A stretch of DNA of 64,000 bases from Chloroflexota bacterium (GTDB lineage Bacteria; Chloroflexota; Dehalococcoidia; Lucifugimonadales; Australimonadaceae): NCBI GenBank assembly GCA_009838965.1, contig VXQP01000078.1, forward strand, positions 93,957 to 157,956. The letters are read 5' to 3'. A program made the translations under genes and the position numbers. Shown one piece after another: positions 17,031 to 26,706 of the stretch. Within the stretch, counting starts at the first letter, position 1. The number at the start of each line of letters is the position of its first letter. The notes beneath the pieces were generated by a model. That model had not been told where the DNA came from and ran no database searches. It was given only the letters and a program-made list of their open reading frames with translations.

Positions 17031-17114
17031 TCGCGGTCGCCCCATGCCCGCGTACGCTGTCTCGAGGCGGCGGACGGAGCGACAGCCTGCCCGTCCTCTC
17101 ATCCCTGGACACGA

Positions 17115-17227
17115 TGTTTCATTCCGTTACATCTCCTGCACATCGGGTTACAGCGCACGAACAGCGGCGTAACAGCCGGTTACAGGCGGCTGGCCGGGGT
17201 CACGAGTGGAAGTGACGGAATGAAACA
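17115..17227. promoter_or_regulatory. 12-bp perfect inverted repeat enclosing four helically phased WACAGSSG repeats (iteron-like)
   Basis: TGTTTCATTCCG at 17115-17126 and CGGAATGAAACA at 17216-17227. ACAG cores at 17150, 17161, 17172 and 17182, spaced 11, 11 and 10 nt. Confidence 0.4.
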
Positions 17228-17329
17228 GGATGTAGCACCAAGAAGAAACGAAGGCGCCCGGCTGCGCTGACTGGGACAGCGGGACGGAGGCAGGGTGGCA
17301 TTGGAACCGGAAAGCCCACGGACGGGACG

Positions 17330-17500
17330 AGCAGGAATGAGTGGAAATGGAGGGCGGATGAGCAGTTGTGGGGAGCGAATGAGCAGCAATGAGCAGTTCG
17401 ACTGCTCGCGCTCAGTCGCCGTTCCAGAGGTGAATTCCGGCAGTATGAGCAGAAATGAGCAGCAGTTCCCCCCAGAACTTCTCTCTGCCTTGCTGATGGT
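17330..17500 (+). pseudogene. Remnant or duplicate of the 5' region of the small HTH gene at 62969..63367 (ATGAGCAG-rich element)
   Basis: About 170 nt similar to the reverse complement of 63305-63470. Translated: RMSS.EQ.DCS...MSRNEQQFPPEL vs RMSSIEQPDCS...MSRNEQSFPREL. Similarity ends near 17500 and no HTH body follows. Confidence 0.45.
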
Positions 17501-17556
17501 TCGCCGTCGGCCTGCCCGTCCCGCCCATCCTCTCCATCCATATGAGCCTTGAGGTG

Positions 17557-17562
17557 TAGAAT
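17557..17562 (+). promoter_or_regulatory. -10-like TAGAAT 6 nt upstream of the rdgB ATG (possible leaderless transcript)
   Basis: TAGAAT-CCGAAC-ATG. No SD at usual spacing and no good -35. Confidence 0.3.
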
Positions 17563-17568
17563 CCGAAC

Positions 17569-18182
17569 ATGGCGCGAGAGACCCTGCTCATCGCTACGAA
17601 CAACGCCCATAAGGTAACCGAGCTCCGCCGGATCCTCGGCGAAGCGGACGTGGCGCTGCTCACGCCCGCCGACGCCGGCATCGCACTCGAGGTCGACGAG
17701 ACCGGCGAGACGTTCGAGGAGAACGCGCGGCTCAAGGCGCGGGCGTTCTGCGCCGCCAGCGGCCTGCCCTCGCTCGCCGACGACTCCGGCATTGAGGTCG
17801 ACGCGCTCGGCGGACGCCCCGGTGTGCGCTCCGCGCGCTACGGCGGCGACGGCCTCGACGACGCCGACCGCACCCGGCTGCTGCTCGACGAGCTGGCGGA
17901 CGTGCCTGAGGAGCAACGCGCCTGCCGCTACCGCGTCGTGCTCGTGCTCGCGAGGCCGGACGGCTCCGAGGAGGTCGTGGACGGCGCGTGCGAGGGCCGC
18001 GTGGCCTTTGCTCCTGTGGGGGAGAACGGCTTCGGCTACGACCCCATCTTCTACGTCCCGCGCTTCGGCAGGACGATGGCCCAACTGGACCCCGCCGAGA
18101 AGGACGCGGTCAGCCACCGGGGACAGGCGACCCGGCGCATGGCCGACCTGCTCCGCGAACACGCACCGGAAGGGGCCGCGCG

Positions 18183-18186
<4 letters not shown>
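17569..18186 (+). CDS. rdgB: dITP/XTP pyrophosphatase (Ham1/RdgB family)
   Basis: LLIATNNAHKV.E.......E.GETFEENA..KA, FGYDPIF and SHRG motifs. Confidence 0.9.
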
Positions 18187-19199
<1,013 letters not shown>

Positions 19200-19200
19200 G

Positions 19201-19710
19201 ATGCCTTCCAGCCCCCAGAAGACGATCACCATCCACACCGACGGCGCGTGCCTCGGCAACCCCGGCCCCGGAGGCTACGGCGCGGTCCTCGACTATCAGG
19301 GTACCCGCAGAGAGTTGTCGGGAGGATTCCGGCTGACGACGAACAACCGGATGGAACTGCTGGCCGTCATCGTGGCGCTGGAGGCGTTGAACGAGCCCTG
19401 CCAGGTGACCGTCCATAGCGACTCGAAGTACGTGGTCGATGCGGTCGAACAGGGTTGGGCCAGGCGCTGGAAGGCCAACGGCTGGAAGCGGAACAAGAAG
19501 GAGGCGGCCATCAATCCCGACCTCTGGGAGCGGCTGCTCCAACTCACGGAGAAGCACGCGGTAACATTCAGGTGGGTGCGCGGTCACGCGGGGAACATTG
19601 AGAATGAGCGGTGCGACCGGTTGGCAGTCGAGGCCGCGAACGGCCGCGACCTCGAGGTTGACTCCGTTTACGAGTCCTCGACCACGTATGGGCGCGTGCA
19701 GATGGTGTAG
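19201..19710 (+). CDS. rnhA: Ribonuclease HI
   Basis: [34 protein letters not shown]...NE.CD.LA. Confidence 0.9.
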   Translation: MPSSPQKTITIHTDGACLGNPGPGGYGAVLDYQGTRRELSGGFRLTTNNRMELLAVIVALEALNEPCQVTVHSDSKYVVDAVEQGWARRWKANGWKRNKKEAAINPDLWERLLQLTEKHAVTFRWVRGHAGNIENERCDRLAVEAANGRDLEVDSVYESSTTYGRVQMV

Positions 19711-19712
19711 AC

Positions 19713-20198
19713 ATGGCTGAACTCACCCACATAGACGCGCAGGGCAGCGCCCGCATGGTGGACGTCGGGGACAAGCCGGACTCGGTCCGCACGGCGATAG
19801 CCGCAGGTGCGGTCGCGATGCGACCGGAGACGCTGACGCTCATCGTTGAGGGCCGCGCGGAGAAGGGCGACGTCTTCACCGTGGCGCGCATCGCGGGCAT
19901 CAACGCCGCGAAGCACACGTGGGAGCTCATCCCGCTCGCGCACCAGGTCCCGCTCAGCCACGTATCGGTCGACTTCGAGGCGGAGCCGGGCGCGGACGTC
20001 GCCCGCGTCCGCATCACGGCGCAGGCGCGCACGACGGCCAAGACGGGCGTCGAGATGGAGGCGCTCACCGCCGTCTCCGTCGCCGCGCTCACCATCTACG
20101 ACATGTGCAAGGCGGTCGACCGTGGTATGACCATCGAGGGCGTGCGCCTCGTCGAGAAGACCGGCGGCACCCACGGCGATTACCGCGCCCCGGGCTGA
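19713..20198 (+). CDS. moaC: Cyclic pyranopterin monophosphate synthase MoaC
   Basis: LTHID..G.ARMVDV..K, IPLAH and [20 protein letters not shown] motifs. Confidence 0.95.
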   Translation: MAELTHIDAQGSARMVDVGDKPDSVRTAIAAGAVAMRPETLTLIVEGRAEKGDVFTVARIAGINAAKHTWELIPLAHQVPLSHVSVDFEAEPGADVARVRITAQARTTAKTGVEMEALTAVSVAALTIYDMCKAVDRGMTIEGVRLVEKTGGTHGDYRAPG

Positions 20199-20199
20199 T

Positions 20200-20238
20200 C
20201 CCTTCCCCCTCGATGGGGGAAGGTTAGGATGGGGGTGA
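20200..20238 (+). repeat. REP-like hairpin repeat (copy 3 of the 11642 family)
   Basis: CCCTTCCCCCTCGATGGGGGAAGGTTAGGATGGGGGTGA begins 2 nt after the moaC stop. Confidence 0.8.
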
Positions 20239-20286
20239 TTCTTCCCACCCTTGACGACGCAGCAGAACGACGAGAGGAGGAGAACC

Positions 20287-20712
20287 ATGGCAGGACTGGG
20301 CGTACAGGGTATGACCCACTGGTCGATCCCCGTGAACAACCTGGATGAGTCGGAGGAGTTCTACGGTGACCTGTTGGGCCTGGAACACAAGGGGCGGCTC
20401 GGCAACAACACGATGTCGTGCTTCAGCACCGGCGACACCAACATCCTGCTCTGCGAGCAGAAGACGCCGGTCGACGGCTCGCCGCCGGGCGTGCACCACT
20501 CCTTCACCGTCACGCCTGAGGTGCTGGAGCAGGCGTGCAAGCTCTTCCGCGAGAAGAACGTGAAGGTGGACAGCCTCGTTTACCGGGCCCAGGGCCACTT
20601 CACCGGGCGTGAGCTCTACTTCTTCGACCCCACGGGCAACCGGCTCGAGCTCCGCGACCCCACATGGAGCAAGGGGATGCCGGAGCCGCCGCTGGAGGAA
20701 CTCTCCGCGTAG
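20287..20712 (+). CDS. VOC/glyoxalase-family protein
   Basis: HWSIPVNNLDESEEFYGDLLGLE...H.F.....GNRLELRDP, as in the glyoxalase/bleomycin-resistance fold. GAGAGGAGGAG SD. Confidence 0.7.
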   Translation: MAGLGVQGMTHWSIPVNNLDESEEFYGDLLGLEHKGRLGNNTMSCFSTGDTNILLCEQKTPVDGSPPGVHHSFTVTPEVLEQACKLFREKNVKVDSLVYRAQGHFTGRELYFFDPTGNRLELRDPTWSKGMPEPPLEELSA

Positions 20713-20720
20713 CCGGTGAC

Positions 20721-20749
20721 GAAGACAGGCGGGCTGCTCGCCCGCCTGT
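20721..20749. terminator. Bidirectional terminator hairpin between convergent genes
   Basis: AGACAGGCGGGC-TGCTC-GCCCGCCTGTCT forms a perfect 12-bp stem. Confidence 0.6.
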
Positions 20750-20776
20750 CTCGTGTCCGTTCGCTGGAGTATCGCC

Positions 20777-21946
20777 CTAATCCGGCAGCTTCGCCTTGAA
20801 CTCGGTCCTGCCGGGGAAGTAGCGCCGCATATCCGGCCTCGCGCCGCGCTTCAGGCACTCCTCCTCGAACAGGTCGAGCACCAGCGGGTTCTCGTCCTCG
20901 TACTCTACCTGCATGCCGCCCTGCTTCTGGCTCACGTCGCCCAGGCCGGAGCCCGCGAACGGCGTGTGCAGCCCCGCCGCGGTGCCGCCGGAGCCGTAGC
21001 CGAGCGCCATGTAGCGCGCTCGCCGCGTGCCGGTGTTGAAGTGCTGGTGGTAGCAGGCGTCGCTCGGCACCACGACCATCGAGCCGTACTGCCAGTCTGC
21101 CTTCACCATGTCGGACATGTCCTCCTCGTGCCAGAGCAGCGAATAGCCCGCGTCGCCGCTGAGGATGAGCAGGTGCGCCCCCGGCCCGTGCCGGTGCCCT
21201 TTCTTGTACGTCCCGACCGGGAACTCGGAGACGTGGCCCTTCATGGCGTTGCCGGCCATCTCGAACAGCGCGTTGATGCCGCCCGCGCCGCGCTCCACCC
21301 ACGAGTAGAGCGGCATATCCGGCACGTTCGGGATGAAGCTGGCGTCCCAGACGCGCCCCTTGTACAGCGCGCCGTTGCCGCTGAAGAAGTCGTCCTCCCC
21401 CTTGAACCGCTTCGAGAAGACGAAGTCGTTGTTGAAGATGAAGTCGTCGTCCTTGAACAGCCGCATCGTCGGCGGCGCGGTAGTGACGGAGAGGTATCGG
21501 GCAGGCTCCGTGCCGCTGCCGTTGAAGAGCTGGTACCAGGCATTGAGCGGGATGGCGAAGAGGCTGCCCTGCTTCCACTCGAACGTCCGCTTCGGGCTGT
21601 CGCCGACCCAGACGCTCGTCGCGCCGCGCCCGCTCACGACATAGACGATCTCCTCGTAGAGGTGGTGCTCCGGCTCCGACGAGCCGCCCGGCCTTATCTC
21701 GACGAGCTGGGCGTCGTTGATGAGTACGGGGTACGGGATGTTGAGAGCCGCGCCCATGCCGCCCTTGCGCTCCCACGGACCCAGTTCCACCTTCGCAAGA
21801 TCCTCGAACGCGTACTCGTCGATGACCTTCACTCCCTCCCGCGCGAGCCAGGCACGGTAAGGGTCGTCCAGCACCAGTTGTTCGAGCGTATCCGGGTCAG
21901 GTTCGACTGCTCGCAGGATATCGGCATCGGGGTCTACTGTCGTCAT
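20777..21946 (-). CDS. Bicupin-domain protein (dioxygenase-like)
   Basis: Two cupin-like halves ([18 protein letters not shown]... and [18 protein letters not shown]...CYHQHFNTG). ATG 21944-21946 with GAGGAGGGA SD. Confidence 0.7.
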   Translation of the reverse strand: MTTVDPDADILRAVEPDPDTLEQLVLDDPYRAWLAREGVKVIDEYAFEDLAKVELGPWERKGGMGAALNIPYPVLINDAQLVEIRPGGSSEPEHHLYEEIVYVVSGRGATSVWVGDSPKRTFEWKQGSLFAIPLNAWYQLFNGSGTEPARYLSVTTAPPTMRLFKDDDFIFNNDFVFSKRFKGEDDFFSGNGALYKGRVWDASFIPNVPDMPLYSWVERGAGGINALFEMAGNAMKGHVSEFPVGTYKKGHRHGPGAHLLILSGDAGYSLLWHEEDMSDMVKADWQYGSMVVVPSDACYHQHFNTGTRRARYMALGYGSGGTAAGLHTPFAGSGLGDVSQKQGGMQVEYEDENPLVLDLFEEECLKRGARPDMRRYFPGRTEFKAKLPD

Positions 21947-22067
21947 GACGTCCCTCCTCGTAGGAATAGGCGCAAGTGTCCCTGCGCGCGGCGGAGAAGC
22001 ATGTCGCGCCACTCTCGATACCCCGCCGCGCGGGCATGATAAGCAAAGGCAACGTCCTATGCCATCT

Positions 22068-22096
22068 TTGACACTCGGGGGGTGCGCGGCTATACT
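22068..22096 (+). promoter_or_regulatory. Near-consensus sigma-70 promoter for rpmH (TTGACA-17-TATACT)
   Basis: TTGACA 22068-22073, 17-nt spacer, TATACT 22091-22096. Lies 44 nt upstream of the GTG start. Confidence 0.6.
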
Positions 22097-22139
22097 CTCC
22101 CTTCGGGCATTACGCCCAAACCTCAGAGAGCGCAGAGAC

Positions 22140-22277
22140 GTGCCCAAGCGTACATGGCAACCGAAGAAGCGGCGCCGCCAGCGGCGTCACGGGTTCATGG
22201 CGCGCATGCACACGCCGGGCGGCCGCAGGGTGCTGAGCGCACGACGCCTGAAGGGTCGCCACCGTCTCGCAGTCTAA
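22140..22277 (+). CDS. rpmH: 50S ribosomal protein L34
   Basis: (V)[47 protein letters not shown] start. Confidence 0.95.
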   Translation: MPKRTWQPKKRRRQRRHGFMARMHTPGGRRVLSARRLKGRHRLAV

Positions 22278-22304
22278 GGACCACCTTGCGGGATTCGTCT
22301 CCCC

Positions 22305-22694
22305 ATGACGGGGCAGGGTATCAACCGCGCGCAGCGGCTTCGCCGCCAGCGCGATTTCCAGGCTTTGCGCGAGAACGGCGCTTCGCGCGCACATCCGCTG
22401 CTGGTCATGCGAGCGATACCGAACTCTCTCCCTCACGCCCGTTTCGGCTTCGTCGTCAGCAAGCGCGCTGCGCCGCTGTCCGTTACTCGCAACCGGGTAC
22501 GCCGCAGGCTCCGGGAGGCCGTCCGAGCGCTGCGTTTCCAGGATGGCTGGGACGTGCTGCTCATCGCCCGGCAGAGCACGGCGGAAGCGCCGTTCGATGC
22601 GTTGCAGGGAGCCACGGCGTCGCTCGCGCGCAGGCTGCGCCTGCTCGCACCAGAGGATGCCGAGCAGGGTACGGAAGCGGGTTCTGATGCGTAG
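22305..22694 (+). CDS. rnpA: Ribonuclease P protein component
   Basis: Follows rpmH. Basic protein with RLRRQRDF...FGFVVSKR....A..RNR.RR.LRE pattern. Confidence 0.9.
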   Translation: MTGQGINRAQRLRRQRDFQALRENGASRAHPLLVMRAIPNSLPHARFGFVVSKRAAPLSVTRNRVRRRLREAVRALRFQDGWDVLLIARQSTAEAPFDALQGATASLARRLRLLAPEDAEQGTEAGSDA

Positions 22695-22941
22695 GATGGC
22701 GATAGGGTTGATCTCCGCGTACCAGCGTGTGCTGTCGCCCTACTGGCCGTCGTCGTGCCGGTACGAGCCCACGTGTTCCCACTACGCGCAGGAAGCGATA
22801 ACCGTGCACGGCACGGCGAAGGGGTCGTGGTTCACGCTGAGACGGCTTGCCCGCTGCGCTCCGTGGGGCGGCAGCGGCTACGACCCTGTGCCTCCGCGGC
22901 ATACCAAGGTGAACGAGAACGCCGGAACCGGCCTCGCGTAG
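22687..22941 (+). CDS. yidD: Membrane protein insertion efficiency factor YidD
   Basis: [11 protein letters not shown]....[17 protein letters not shown]. 8-nt overlap with rnpA. Confidence 0.9.
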   Translation: MRRMAIGLISAYQRVLSPYWPSSCRYEPTCSHYAQEAITVHGTAKGSWFTLRRLARCAPWGGSGYDPVPPRHTKVNENAGTGLA

Positions 22942-22993
22942 GCCGTCTCCGGCTACACCGGAGCGTCTGCTACCGGCGGATGCTCCCAGAAGG

Positions 22994-24175
22994 ATGCATA
23001 GGTTGAACCAGACCGGCGCCTATCCCGGACGCACGGGGCTCTCTCCCGCGCTCATGCTACTCGTGGCCATCGTCTTGGCCGTCCTGCTGGCCGGGTGCGC
23101 GCAGAGCAGGAACGCGGCGACGCAGAGCTGGTCAGGCGTCGCGGTTGAGGGCGACTCGACGTATGTCGGCACGCGTGAAGGACGCCTCATCAGGCTGTCG
23201 CTGGACGCCGGGCTCGCCCAAATCGCGCCCTACCAGGTCCCGCAGCCGGACCGCGAGCAGGGCTTCCCCGCACTGTACGGCACCCCTGTCGTCGAGGATG
23301 GACGTGTCTACGTTGGAACGTACAACGGCATCGTGCTCTCGCTCGACGCGAACAGCTTCGGCGACGCACGCACGTTCGAGATCGACGGCAACGACCTCGC
23401 GAAAGGCATCGCCGGGTCGGTCGTCCCGCACAACGGTTCGCTGGTCGTAGCGGCAGCGGAGGACGCTGGAGAAGGCAGACTCTACGTGCTGGAAGCCTCC
23501 AGCCTTATCGAGCAGTGCCGCTTCCCGGCCCGCAACGAGACACCAGTGGGACAGCTGTGGACGACGCCCCTCGTTCAGGACGGCATCGCCTACTTCGGCG
23601 ACCAGAGCAAGCGGGTGCACGCCGTCTCCATAGCGGACTGCCGCCCGGTCTGGGACCAGCCCGCGCAGTTGGACGGAGCGGTTGTCGCGCCCCCGGTCAT
23701 CGCCGGAGGCCACTTGTATCTGGGCGCGTTCGATCGCGCGTTCTATCGGGTGAACCTTGCCACAGGCGCACCTGAGAAGCTGTTCGAGGCGAACAACTGG
23801 TTCTGGGGTGCCGCCGTGACGGACGGGACGACCATGTTCGCCCCCAACATGGACGGCAACGTGTACGCGTACAACATCCAGTCGGGGCGCGTCGTCTGGG
23901 CATACCCGGGGAACGACGAAGGCGAGCCGGTGCTCGCCTCCCCTGTGCTCTCTGGTGAAGAACTGGTGTATGCGTCGGACTCCGGCATTATGGTAGTGCT
24001 GGACAAGCAGAGCGGCAGCCGCCGATGGGACCGCCGCGTCGGGAACGATGTGCGCGCGCCCCTCGGTGCGGAGGGGCGGCTCGTGTTCCTGCACTCCCTG
24101 GACGAGACCATCACTGCGATAGACCTGGACACGAAGCAACTGGCCTGGGAACGCAACCTGAACGACGTGAAGTAG
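22994..24175 (+). CDS. PQQ-like beta-propeller repeat lipoprotein (BamB/YfgL-like fold)
   Basis: Lipobox LLAGC. Repeated G.VY.G...G.L.ALD..TG...W-type blades. Confidence 0.7.
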   Translation: MHRLNQTGAYPGRTGLSPALMLLVAIVLAVLLAGCAQSRNAATQSWSGVAVEGDSTYVGTREGRLIRLSLDAGLAQIAPYQVPQPDREQGFPALYGTPVVEDGRVYVGTYNGIVLSLDANSFGDARTFEIDGNDLAKGIAGSVVPHNGSLVVAAAEDAGEGRLYVLEASSLIEQCRFPARNETPVGQLWTTPLVQDGIAYFGDQSKRVHAVSIADCRPVWDQPAQLDGAVVAPPVIAGGHLYLGAFDRAFYRVNLATGAPEKLFEANNWFWGAAVTDGTTMFAPNMDGNVYAYNIQSGRVVWAYPGNDEGEPVLASPVLSGEELVYASDSGIMVVLDKQSGSRRWDRRVGNDVRAPLGAEGRLVFLHSLDETITAIDLDTKQLAWERNLNDVK

Positions 24176-24187
24176 GCGGCTGAGCGA

Positions 24188-25120
24188 ATGGAACTGCTGA
24201 CACTGCTCTGGAACGAGGTCATCACCAAACCGATGACCAACAGCCTGCTCGTGCTCTACGTCTGGTTGGGCTCCAACCTGGGCTTGGCCATCATCGCGTT
24301 CACTATCCTCGTTCGAGCGCTGACCTACCCGCTCGTGGTGCGGCAGTTGCGGCAGACGCGGAAACTGCAGGGATTGCAACCGCGCGTCAAGGAGATCAAC
24401 GAGAAGTACAAGAACAACCCTCAGCTGCGCGGCCAGGAGGTGATGAAGCTCTACAAGGAGATGGGTGTTAACCCCGTGGGCTGCCTCGGCCCGCTGGTGA
24501 TACAGATGCCCATCTTCATCGGTCTCTTCTGGGCGATCAACGGCGTGCTGCCGTTCACCCCGGAGAACCTTGCCGGTCTCTCCGGCAAGCTGTACAGCTG
24601 GCTGCCGTTCCTGAACAGCGCCGTACCGGTGGAGCGCAACTTCCTGGGGATGGACCTCGCGCTGGAACCGATGCGCGTCGGCAGCATCCTCGGCTACACC
24701 CTCGTGGCGCTCTCCGGTCTCAGCATGTTCGTTCAACAGAAGATGAGCCAGGTCGCCTCGGCGGACCCGGCCCAACAGAGCACCCAGCGGATGATGCTGT
24801 TCATGTTCCCGGTGATGTTCGGGATGTTCAGCCTCTTCTTCCCCATCGGACTCGTCATCTACTGGGTGGCCTCAACGCTCATCGGCATCGTGATGCAGTA
24901 TTTCGTTACCGGTTGGGGCGGCCTCTTCCCGCAGGCTGAGAAGGCCGGGAGTGGGACGCCGAAACTCGGCCCCACGCTGAGCGCCGCCATACCGGACAAG
25001 GAGGAAGGCGATGGAGGACCAGAGCCTCGTCCGGTCAGCGAAGACAGTAGAGGAGGCAATCGAACTCGCAACCCTGGAGCTCGGCGTCGGTCGCGACGAA
25101 ATCGAAATCGACGTCATTAG
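24188..25120 (+). CDS. yidC: Membrane protein insertase YidC (short, Oxa1-type) with long basic C-tail
   Basis: LAIIAFTILVRALTYPL, MKLYKEMGVNP..GCLP..IQMPIF and GLVIYWV blocks. Tail ends RRRSRRNRNRRH. Confidence 0.9.
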   Translation: MELLTLLWNEVITKPMTNSLLVLYVWLGSNLGLAIIAFTILVRALTYPLVVRQLRQTRKLQGLQPRVKEINEKYKNNPQLRGQEVMKLYKEMGVNPVGCLGPLVIQMPIFIGLFWAINGVLPFTPENLAGLSGKLYSWLPFLNSAVPVERNFLGMDLALEPMRVGSILGYTLVALSGLSMFVQQKMSQVASADPAQQSTQRMMLFMFPVMFGMFSLFFPIGLVIYWVASTLIGIVMQYFVTGWGGLFPQAEKAGSGTPKLGPTLSAAIPDKEEGDGGPEPRPVSEDSRGGNRTRNPGARRRSRRNRNRRH

Positions 25121-25709
25121 CCAGGGGCGCAGCGGCATCCTCGGCATCGGCGCGGAGGATGCCAGGGTCCGCGTCCGGCGCATCACCGGCGGGGATGGTT
25201 CCGCCGCTGTCGCGCTCGGTGTCGTGGAGCGCTTCCTCGACTGGATGGACGTAGATGCGGTGGCAACTATACGCAGCTCCGGCGGCGGCGAAGAGATGCC
25301 CATCATCGACATCCAAGGCAGCGACGCCGGTCTGCTCATCGGCCACCGCGGCGAGACCCTGCGGGCATTCCAGTTCCTCGTCAATCTTTCCCTCGGCAGG
25401 GGCGAAGGGCGCTCCACGGGTATCGTGCTCGACGTCGAGCAGTACCGCGAGCGGCGCTCGCGGCAACTGGCCACTCTGGCGCGGCGCATGGCCCAGCGGG
25501 CCATCTCCAGCGGCAGGTCGGTCGAGCTCGACCCGATGTCGCCTGCCGACCGCAGGGTGATCCACTTCACACTCGCGGACTATCAGGGAGTTGAGACCCA
25601 GAGCGAGGGCGAGGGAGCGGACCGCCGCGTCGTCATCATCACCACCGGCGAGGCGCCACGACCGTCCCGCGGAGGGCGCGGCGACGGGCGCCGCCGTTCC
25701 CGCTCCTAG
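25011..25709 (+). CDS. jag: Jag/KhpB (Jag_N, KH and R3H domains) RNA-binding protein
   Basis: AKTVEEAIELATLELGV..DEIEIDV...G..GILGIG, then a KH-like region and an R3H-like region (PMSPADRRVIHFTL). The first 110 nt overlap the yidC tail in another frame. Confidence 0.85.
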   Translation: MEDQSLVRSAKTVEEAIELATLELGVGRDEIEIDVISQGRSGILGIGAEDARVRVRRITGGDGSAAVALGVVERFLDWMDVDAVATIRSSGGGEEMPIIDIQGSDAGLLIGHRGETLRAFQFLVNLSLGRGEGRSTGIVLDVEQYRERRSRQLATLARRMAQRAISSGRSVELDPMSPADRRVIHFTLADYQGVETQSEGEGADRRVVIITTGEAPRPSRGGRGDGRRRSRS

Positions 25710-25715
25710 CGCGCC

Positions 25716-26624
25716 ATGACGGCTCAGCCCGCGCCGGAGATGCGCCTGGCGGACAGGCGCAAACTGCTGCTCACGCTCGGCTTCCCGTACGTGCTGCTGC
25801 TCCTGGCGTCTCTCGTGGAATGGCCATGGCGCGCGCTCGATCTGCCGGGTGTGCTCGGGACGCTCACCCCGCCGAGCTTCATCCTGCTCGTCGTCACGGT
25901 TGGCGCCTCCACCTACGCACTCCTCAAGAAACTGCCGCTCTCCATGATCACGTGGCTGCCCGCCGGGCAGGGCGCCATCGTCCTGCTGGCCACGGGACTG
26001 ATGGCAGGTGGAGCACCGGAACAGCTCACCCAACTCGCGCTCATCATCGCCTACGGCCTCATCTTCCTCATCGTGCTCGGCATCACGACGGCTATAGCGG
26101 CCCACGGCGGCGCCATCGCCATCGCGTTCATCTCGTTCTTCGTCTTCACGAGGGCAGCGCGCTTCCCCATCTTCGAGGTCGAGGACGCAGTCACTGCGAA
26201 TGCCAGCCTGTTCACATTCGCTGCTGCCGTACTCGCCGTAGCGGAAATCGTGCTCATGGTCTGGCTCGCGCGCAGGCTGGTGGAGGCGGCGGACGAATCG
26301 GCGATGGGGACAGCGCTCTGGATCGTGGGGCTGACGCTCGCGCATGGCCTGCTTGCCAGTTGGCAGTACCCGATTCAAGAGGGCTCGTTCAACATCACCG
26401 TTTATGGAAATGGGATCCTGTCCTGGCTCATTTTCGCGACCATCCAGTTGGGCATGGCGGGCGTGCTCATCCGCTTCCGGCGGGCGCAGTTCCGCGAGCA
26501 GCAGATACAGCAGGACGCGTCGTCCACAACCGCCGGGGAAGAGCAGCCCCTGACCGAAGTTACTCCTCCGGCGCGCCAGCTCCGACGCGGCGGGCGCCCC
26601 ACCCCGCGACGGCGGCGCAGATAG
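25716..26624 (+). CDS. Hypothetical polytopic membrane protein (302 aa)
   Basis: At least 7 hydrophobic segments and an Arg-rich C-terminus. No family recognised. Confidence 0.5.
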   Translation: MTAQPAPEMRLADRRKLLLTLGFPYVLLLLASLVEWPWRALDLPGVLGTLTPPSFILLVVTVGASTYALLKKLPLSMITWLPAGQGAIVLLATGLMAGGAPEQLTQLALIIAYGLIFLIVLGITTAIAAHGGAIAIAFISFFVFTRAARFPIFEVEDAVTANASLFTFAAAVLAVAEIVLMVWLARRLVEAADESAMGTALWIVGLTLAHGLLASWQYPIQEGSFNITVYGNGILSWLIFATIQLGMAGVLIRFRRAQFREQQIQQDASSTTAGEEQPLTEVTPPARQLRRGGRPTPRRRRR

Positions 26625-26706
26625 CGCGTCACCCGGCGCTTACGCGATGCAGCGCCGAGCGGTACGCTGAGAACGCAGTCAGCAGACTCGTGCAGAGGTA
26701 CCGAAC

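Noticed and set aside
16993-17568. Whether the gene-free region is a known housekeeping ncRNA (RNase P RNA, tmRNA, SRP RNA).
   Set aside because: It lacks the conserved strings: GAGGAAAGUCCGGGC and ACAGAAA for RNase P, a tRNA-like GGUUCGA..CCA end for tmRNA, and GGAAGCAGCC for the SRP domain IV. 6S RNA or a novel RNA cannot be excluded by eye.
21947-22139. Possible oriC or DnaA-box cluster upstream of rpmH.
   Set aside because: No dnaA gene is adjacent. I found no TTATCCACA/TGTGGATAA-like boxes and no AT-rich unwinding element. Only a promoter is evident.
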